Part shown: one piece after another, positions 56,698 to 64,000 of the stretch
Numbering within the stretch: position 1 is the first letter of the stretch
Layout of the letters: the number at the start of each line of letters is the position of its first letter
Assembly (NCBI RefSeq): GCF_963921235.1
Contig: NC_086108.1
Span: forward strand, 53,198,001-53,262,000
Direction of reading: 5' to 3'
DNA: 64,000 nt
Source: Mobula hypostoma
Taxonomy: Eukaryota
The notes under the pieces: model-generated
What the model was told of the DNA's origin: nothing
The model's input: the letters and a program-made list of their open reading frames with translations, nothing else
The model's database searches: none
Made by a program: the position numbers and the translations under genes

Positions 56698-57394
56698 TTA
56701 TGTACACCCACACACCCACCCATTTATAATTGTGGTATATCCTGCCCCTTTCTTAACCTGACAATTAAAATTTACATAAAAACTAATTTGGTAGCAGGAG
56801 TGGCCTATTCCATCCCTTGTGCAGATTCTCCAGCACTAATCCCTTCATTCCCTAATATCCAAAAATGTGTTGATTTCTATCTTGGATATAATTGCATGGC
56901 TTGGCATCTAGTTTGGGAGTTTCCAGCATTCCTCTCCCTCTGGCTGGACTCATTACTTATTTTAGTTCTCAGTGACCAATCCCTTCATTTCAGGCCGTGA
57001 TCCCTAGTTCAAGATTCAACCTCCTCTACCAGACAGAGAAAATTTCATCCCCAAATCTACCCTGTAAAGCCCTCCAACAGTTTACCGATTTTGTATCTTT
57101 TGATGAGATTAGTTTGCATCTAAAATGGAGAATATAGATCCAGTCTGCTTGATTTCTGCTGAAAAGCCAAACCCAAATTCCAGAAATCAATTTGATTAAC
57201 TTTTGCAACTATACTCTGCCGTGCGTGCAGAGGTTGGATCAATTTATGGGATTCCAGGTGCTGTCTTGCTGTCTTAATAGTTTGTAATAGGAGGATTTGG
57301 ATCCTTTTGAACACCATCTTTTAATCACGTATCACTGAACAAACACTCCATTTTTGTTTTTTTAATGAAATGGATTACCTCTCTTTTGTGTGAG

Positions 57395-57770
57395 ATTAGG
57401 TTAGCTTTATTTGTCACATGCACATAGGAAATACAGTGAAATGCATCATTTTTTTTATCAAATCAACAAGGATTGTGCTACTGAAGGGTTTGGCCCGAAC
57501 CATCAACTGTACTTTTTCCATAGATGCTGCCTGGCCTGCTGAGTTCCTCCAGCATTACGTGTGTGTGCTGCAAAGTTTGTGCTAGGCAGCCTGCAAACAT
57601 TGCCACGTTTCCAGTGCCAACATTGCATGCCCACAACTCACAAACAGTGGCGGTACATCTCTACTGTACTGTGGGAGGAAACCGGAGCATCCGGAGGAAA
57701 TCCACATGGTCACGGAGAGGAACTCCTTATAGATAGCGACAGTGTAATCCATTGGCACTACTACTACCGG
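57395..57770 (-). mobile_element. SINE with a Rex1-like tail, interrupted by a Penelope-derived mini-element
   Basis: gctttatttgtcacatg tail; tgtgggaggaaaccggagca core; related fragments at about 59435-59555 and 61610-61690. Confidence 0.65.
57481..57570 (+). mobile_element. Single-arm Penelope-terminal-repeat mini-element
   Basis: gaagggtttggcccgaacc..catagatgctgcctggcctgctgagttcctccagca; TSD CAAGGATTGTGCTA / CAAAGTTTGTGCTA. Confidence 0.72.
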
Positions 57771-60700
57771 CCGTAATGGACTTCATTAACGATGCAGCTA
57801 GAATGGAAAATAACACTTGAATGTCGATTGACTTGAATTGCATGTTAACAACTGAGTTTTGAGAGTATTCATGTAGTTTACTGTTTTGGGTGTACTTAGT
57901 ATCAGCCCAATTCTCAATAGACATGGGTCCATTGTATACACAGTAAATGTCTAAAGATCAGTTCAAACCCTACAGTGCCCATGAGCATCAGGACACCTGT
58001 CCAAAGTTGAGGAAAGCTGGTGCAGAACCCATTAAATTTTGCACTGTACCTCACCAGTATTGTATTTCATTGGGATGATTTAATATTGATACAGGGAATA
58101 TAGCTTAGAGATTTCTTCCTTGCTATTATCTTAAAGGAAAAAAAAGGTTGTAAATGGGAGATATGAGAGTTGTGTAAAAGATGGTTACAGCAACTGATGT
58201 AGTTGCTGTTTTAAATTTTATCACAAAATATTTTCCATATGAATTGAGGTAGAATTGTCTTTTTGTCATTGTCAGTTGTTAATTTATTTAAGATTTATAT
58301 ATTACCAAAATGTCCATTTAATAATCTGAAACAGCTGAAAATTACTAATTTCAGTCACTTTAAATCTGAAGCTTGTTGTTATAATATGTATAACACAGCA
58401 TTCATTCTGTGTTCATTTATATTCATTTCTAATAGTGAAGGCAACAAAGTTATTAGCAAATGGTTAATAAAATTAAGATGTCATGACCTACTGGAGGCCA
58501 CACATTCCCACCTGCTTTCTCATCTCTTCTGGGTTTATTTGTGTTTTAATGGGCTTTGGAATTTGGAAAGCAGCATAACCATGAGGTGAGCAAGATTCTT
58601 TGCTCCCTCCAGCTGCACTGGAAAATGACATTCATGACATTCTGAGCAAATGACAGGCCCAGAACATTGAACGAGACACCTCCAGGGCAATGCAATGAAA
58701 ATCTCTTTTTAATCATGTGCTTGGTAAGGGTCATGGCTGCCAAGCAGCTCAAGAATGCTCAGAAGAAATGGCAGTGATCTCTCATGTCAGTAGCTCATTC
58801 TGTCATATAGATGCAGACTGTCCTTTCCTGGTTATTACTGCAGTATAAAAACATTAGTTTTATGTTTGGGATAGTTTTCCATCCCCACCCCCTCTCTCCA
58901 GACCATCACCCTCCTTCCAGCCCCATCACCACCACCATCCCTTCTCAGTTTTTTTCCCAGTTGGCTTCACATGGTGATAAAGTGAGAGCTATATGATCTA
59001 CCTGATGCACAACTGGAAAATGGATCTTGGAAGCACCAGCTGTCGAATGGCAGAAAGCTCCTGCATTAACCATTTATTGACTATGATCATCACTATGTTG
59101 TACGTGTCAGGCAGGGAGTGGGAATAGGTTAGTGAGAGTAAAGTAGTGTTGCTCCCAAGTATTTATGTAAAAATTTGTAATTTAAAAACAAAAGCTAGCC
59201 TCTGTGGAGCTACTGGAAAAATATATTTAGGCCTGTAGTCTCCTTCAGAATATCTTCCAATCAGTGTTATGCTGCTGGCTCAACTTTACATCTAAAGACA
59301 AAAAAAATTGCTACTATTTTTAAACATTGACATATGCAAGAATGCCATTGATTTGCTTCCTAGATTTTGCTTCCAATTTAAATTCTAGAAAAGTGTTGGA
59401 ATTAATTTCTTCTATCAGAAGTCTTGAGCACATTGTTGTTGCTTTATTTGTCACGTACATAGAAAATACAGTAAAATGCATTTTTAAAATCAAATCAATC
59501 AACAAGGATTGCACTGGGCAGCCTGCAACTGTCACCATGCTTCCAGTGCCAACCACCAAATTAATTTCCTTTTTGAAAATCTCCTGCAGGATTTTTCCCA
59601 CTCTTGGGCTTTCCTTCCATACTTCCCTCCTCCATTTGCTGATGCATCTACCTTTCCCAATTTGTATTACTCAATTTGTATTTTATTTATGAAGCTGCAT
59701 TTCCGAATCCTTTAAGATGGTCAACCGAAGTCCAATATATCTGGATTTATGATTCTCAAAAAGAGGGTACTACACTGTAAGGCAATCACCCCATAATCAA
59801 GTTCTACTGTTTCTTTCAATCATGATTAATCTATAATTGAAACTTTTCCATAAACACTTTTCATGAATCCATGAACACTACCAAATTATTGCTTTTCTTT
59901 TGTAGATGTTTATTTTTTTTAATTTGTAGTAATTTAATGTCTTTGCAGTGTCTTGCTGCTGCAATACAACAAAATTTACATCATATGAGGCAGTGATGAT
60001 AAACCTAATTTTGTGTCTATTTCCTTTGATGCCCTTAAATAACAAAGTTTTGAAAACCTCAATTGATCCTGTATTTTCAGCCTTGGGGTGGGGAACGAGA
60101 TGGTGTCAGAGAATGCTTAAGACAAGTCTGCATGAAGTCATGGATATTCTTAGTCTTAGACTTTGATCTGACTAATGATGGCTTGATGAGTTTGATGTCA
60201 TAATTTTGACAAATACTCATGTAATTAGGAACTTATGTCAGACATGATGGCAAGAGAAATGATGCATCTTGTGATTGAAGGTGGAAAGGGGGAGGTCATA
60301 AAATTGCTTTAGTGCTCAATTTGTAATAAGTTACATAACAGGTCTTCTGATTGGTATCAGCTGGTTCTTAAACTTTTACTCAACATTAAAAACTGGCAGT
60401 GATCATTTACTGGATTGTTCTTAATTGTCTTTAACTTGAGAACCTGGTCTTGGGAGTCGAGAAACAAAAAATTCAAAAACAAATGTGAAGCCAAAAGAGG
60501 AAGGTGAGAAGGACAAAACAATGCAGGGAGAACCTGGAGCTGTCATGGAACTTGGTTAGATCTTGGTTGGATCAAAGGGAATGGACCTGTGTTTGGATTA
60601 AATTTATTCAACTGAGTCCAATTAATTATTTCCCCCAGTGATCTGGTTGGTCTGAGGTTCGCTTTGGTTAGCATAAACCACTGGCAACATTGTAAGCTTG

Positions 60701-63700
60701 TTCTCACAATATTATGCTAAATTAAATATTATAGAGACAGATTTTACTATTTTACACATAATATTTAAGCAAGTTAGCGAATATTCTTTGATTTTTCTTT
60801 AGCAGGAGAAAGGTTGCTGAGAGAGAGAGAGCTCTCTGCCAGGGTAAATGACATTTAAATTAGGTGCTAGAAACTGAATCTTGGTGTGCACCTGTGGGAG
60901 CAGTTCCCTGCAGGCATTTTAGTGGACAGATTGATTTGCTTAGTGACATTTCTGTCATATATTTATATGAGTGGGCAGCTGCAATGATCTGCCCTTTCAT
61001 ATTCACACCAGACTCCTAAGGGACATTCCCTTGGGAACAGAACTTATAAAATTAAAATGCTGATAATTACAATACACACTTTCTTGTCTATTTTATCAGG
61101 TCATGCCCAATTAGTTCTGCTGTTTATATTGTGGCCAGTTAATGTCAAATGCTGGATTAAAATAACAATATTTTGTGCTCTCTTTGCTTTTTTTTGTCTC
61201 TTGGTGACATTGGCTCAGACTGGAGTGAGGTTTATCTTTGCCCACTGACTAATACCTCAGCCAAGTATCAATTCTTGCCGTGAGCCTCAACTGTAATATC
61301 TTGAGGTAGGCGAGGCATTAATGAAGATCTAGTGACTTTATTCTGTTACAAGTCTTATGTTCTGATAAATGACACTGTTTTGGAAGAGGCTGTGGAAAAA
61401 TCAGCTGGTGAGGTTGCACTATTCAGAAATGGGCTGGGCAATGCTTTGACGGATTCAAGGCTCAATTTTAGTTCCCACAGAGTTACAAGCAACCAGTTGT
61501 TACCCGTCAATAGCAATCTAATAGTTTCAATAGTAATCTAATAGCCCCACCAATGTAACCAAGAGGGTAAAATGAAGGCTTTATATAATGACACCAAGAG
61601 TCAAAGTTAAAGATTAGCTTTATTTGTCTCATGTACATCAAACATAAAGTGAAATGTGTTGTCTGTGTCAATGACCAATGCAGTACCGCCCAAGAAATAC
61701 ATCCATCTTAAATTTTCATGATGAGGAAAAACTAAGATATACTGCTGCTTGGTTGAAGTGAAAGTCATTTTTTTTTAATTAAGAGAATTATGGAAGTTTA
61801 TGCAAGAAAAGGATTTTATTAGTTTTGGAAATAAAATGACTGGAAAAATAGTGAAATTGGAAAGAAGTCAGAACTTCATCTAAAAGGCAATATACTTGGG
61901 GACAGTTTTGTGGAGGATAAAAATAATGGGTTCAAGAGGCCATTTAAATGTACTTATTGAAAGAGAAAGATTGAAGATTGGTAGAAAATCTGAGAACAGG
62001 ACTATTATGCTAAATGGTCCTTTAATTTTTATAAATTCCTATTTTTATTCAAACATTGTCAGCAAATGATTAATTTTTTTAATCATTTACTCACTATCAG
62101 GTACAGAAGCATACCCAGCAATGGATTAGAAGAGGAAGGGTTAAGCCATTTTTTAAAAAAAGATACATTGAAGTGTTTATGAACAGTGATAAATTTATTA
62201 AATGTTACTTTTGACATGGATAAAGTCATAATTTATGTTTGAAAATTAGTGTTTAATTAATTGCTATTTTAGTTGTTGTTGGGCATTGCTGAGAACCTCA
62301 CCCTCCCACTTCAGCATATCCTCAGATTTGATTAGAGTTGCAACCAGCAAATAAAACAACAAGCAAAGGTTGAAACATCTCTTTTGCAAACGTTTTGTAA
62401 CTAGGCTACAATTGATAAAGTGATCCCTAATTGTTGAGAGACCAAAGAGAATTGAACGGTTTTCTCTGAACCAAATTTAAAGCCAGTGCAAAGACTGACA
62501 CCTCCAACCCCATCCCTCAGGTTTATTTATATTTGTACCTTGCCTATCAATTTCTTTCCAATGCTGAGGTTTTCTTTTTTCCTCTAAAAGTCATAGTAAA
62601 TAAGATTTTCTTGACCAAAATACCAATAAAATTAGTAATTAAGTGAGTTACAGTCAGCAAATATATGTGCAGTTCAGTAACAGTATCTGATCAAGGTCTT
62701 CAGAGATTGTTACATTTGTTTCTGCAGTAAGCAGAACTGTTTAAATGTTATTTATTTTCATGTTCACAAAAAATCTATAGAAAAATAAAATATTGATTGA
62801 ATCACAACAATGCTGTAGGAGGAAAAAAATTTATGAAACCTCTTCTCAAATCCTTTAATTGAATTTTCCAAATCTCTCACCACACACAAATAATCAATAT
62901 CTCCCAGCGTCAAGAAAAGGACCGGCTTTCTTTCCAATTTTGTTGTCATCAGCACATAGAAGAGCACTTGGATATCTGTAATGTCTTGACGAAGAATTTA
63001 TATTAACCTCATAAACTATTGTTCCTTTGAGATACATTGAGACACAAAAAATCAAGAAAAAATAACTTTTCATAGCAGCAGCTGTGTCAGATCTTAAATA
63101 TCCAATTTTTCTTTATTTCATTGAGAAACTTGGTTGAAATCTACAGCATGGGTCCATTGTTTAGGAAAAAAGTGCATTAAGATTTAAAATAAGTGGGAGA
63201 AGACAAAAGAAAGTGCTGGTTAAGTAATAGTACATTCAATTTTTAAAAGCCTGCAGCTTTGTAAGATAAAGCAAAAACTTTAGAGTGTTCCAGTGTGGAA
63301 GTGAGGAAATGAGGCTATATGCGGGAGACAGGTAGATGTATATTGAAATAAAGGAGTAAGGACGAATGCAGAAATTGTATAATTGTAGGTAGGAAGAAAT
63401 ACAGACTTGTTTTGAAGTGCAAATATTTTCACCTCATTAGAGACTAGCAAGGAGGGAAGAATCGACTATATATTTTGTTAAGGAATGCAAGAGATGTTGC
63501 AACAGAAAAATGGGATATGACAATTCTACTTATTAGCTGGAAAGAGTGGTGTAGGAGAAAGAAGCTGCCACATCCACAATGCACTTCAAAAGCAGTTAAA
63601 GTTGTGTAACTTGAGGAGGTGGGACGTTCAAATCTTCCACTGCTTGTCTAAGGAATATTGCCAGGAAGAGTTCGACATAATACATCATGATCAAATGCGA

Positions 63701-64000
63701 TTTGAGCTTTAGTTTGCAGTGAAATTTTCATTTCATTCATGCCAGTTGGGCAATTTAGATGATACTTTTTAATGGACCCTTTCCACTTGCTTGGTAGCTT
63801 ATATCACTATGCCTTTAAATATTGACCCTTTTGTATTTCTGCAGACAAGAAGGAGATAATTAGGGACAGCAGTGAATCACTGGCTGGTCAGTGTCCAGTA
63901 ACCAAGGAGCTAGAGACTAAACAGAGCATCAGAGCAAAACACTTAGAATAAAAGCCATGTAATCTTACGTATATCCATGAATCAGTCCACCTGATAAATC

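Noticed and set aside
62764..62967. Minus-strand ORF containing RDLENSIKG, loosely like ITGB3BP/CENP-R RELENLIG
   Set aside because: The match is only a few residues with no convincing exon boundaries. Another frame gives ADDNKIG, resembling a CR1 RT remnant.

Overview
Eukaryotic vertebrate genomic DNA. The repeat repertoire (CR1/HER1-type LINEs, V-SINE/HE1-like SINEs, Rex1/Babar, Neptune-type Penelope) points to a cartilaginous fish, probably a ray or shark (inference). The window holds 12 coding exons of ALG6 (ER alpha-1,3-glucosyltransferase) on the + strand, from 1911 to the stop at 55816. They splice into one open frame of 1351 nt; roughly the first 56 codons lie upstream of the window. 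One ALG6 intron (18907-20550) is a minor-spliceosome U12 AT-AC intron. The introns are packed with decayed, often nested transposons: CR1, Rex1/Babar, SINEs, Tc1, mariner and Tigger elements, hAT/Charlie and two Penelope lineages. Most ORFs in the supplied track are TE fragments or noise. The most unusual signal is a set of short (90-250 bp) mini-elements flanked by target-site duplications. They derive from the Penelope terminal repeat, three of four are palindromic, and most carry minimal hammerhead-ribozyme motifs; one motif (41977-42014, - strand) keeps an intact catalytic core. Exon, TIR and TSD coordinates were counted directly; boundaries of decayed TEs are approximate. No database searches were run, so family names come from recalled motifs.
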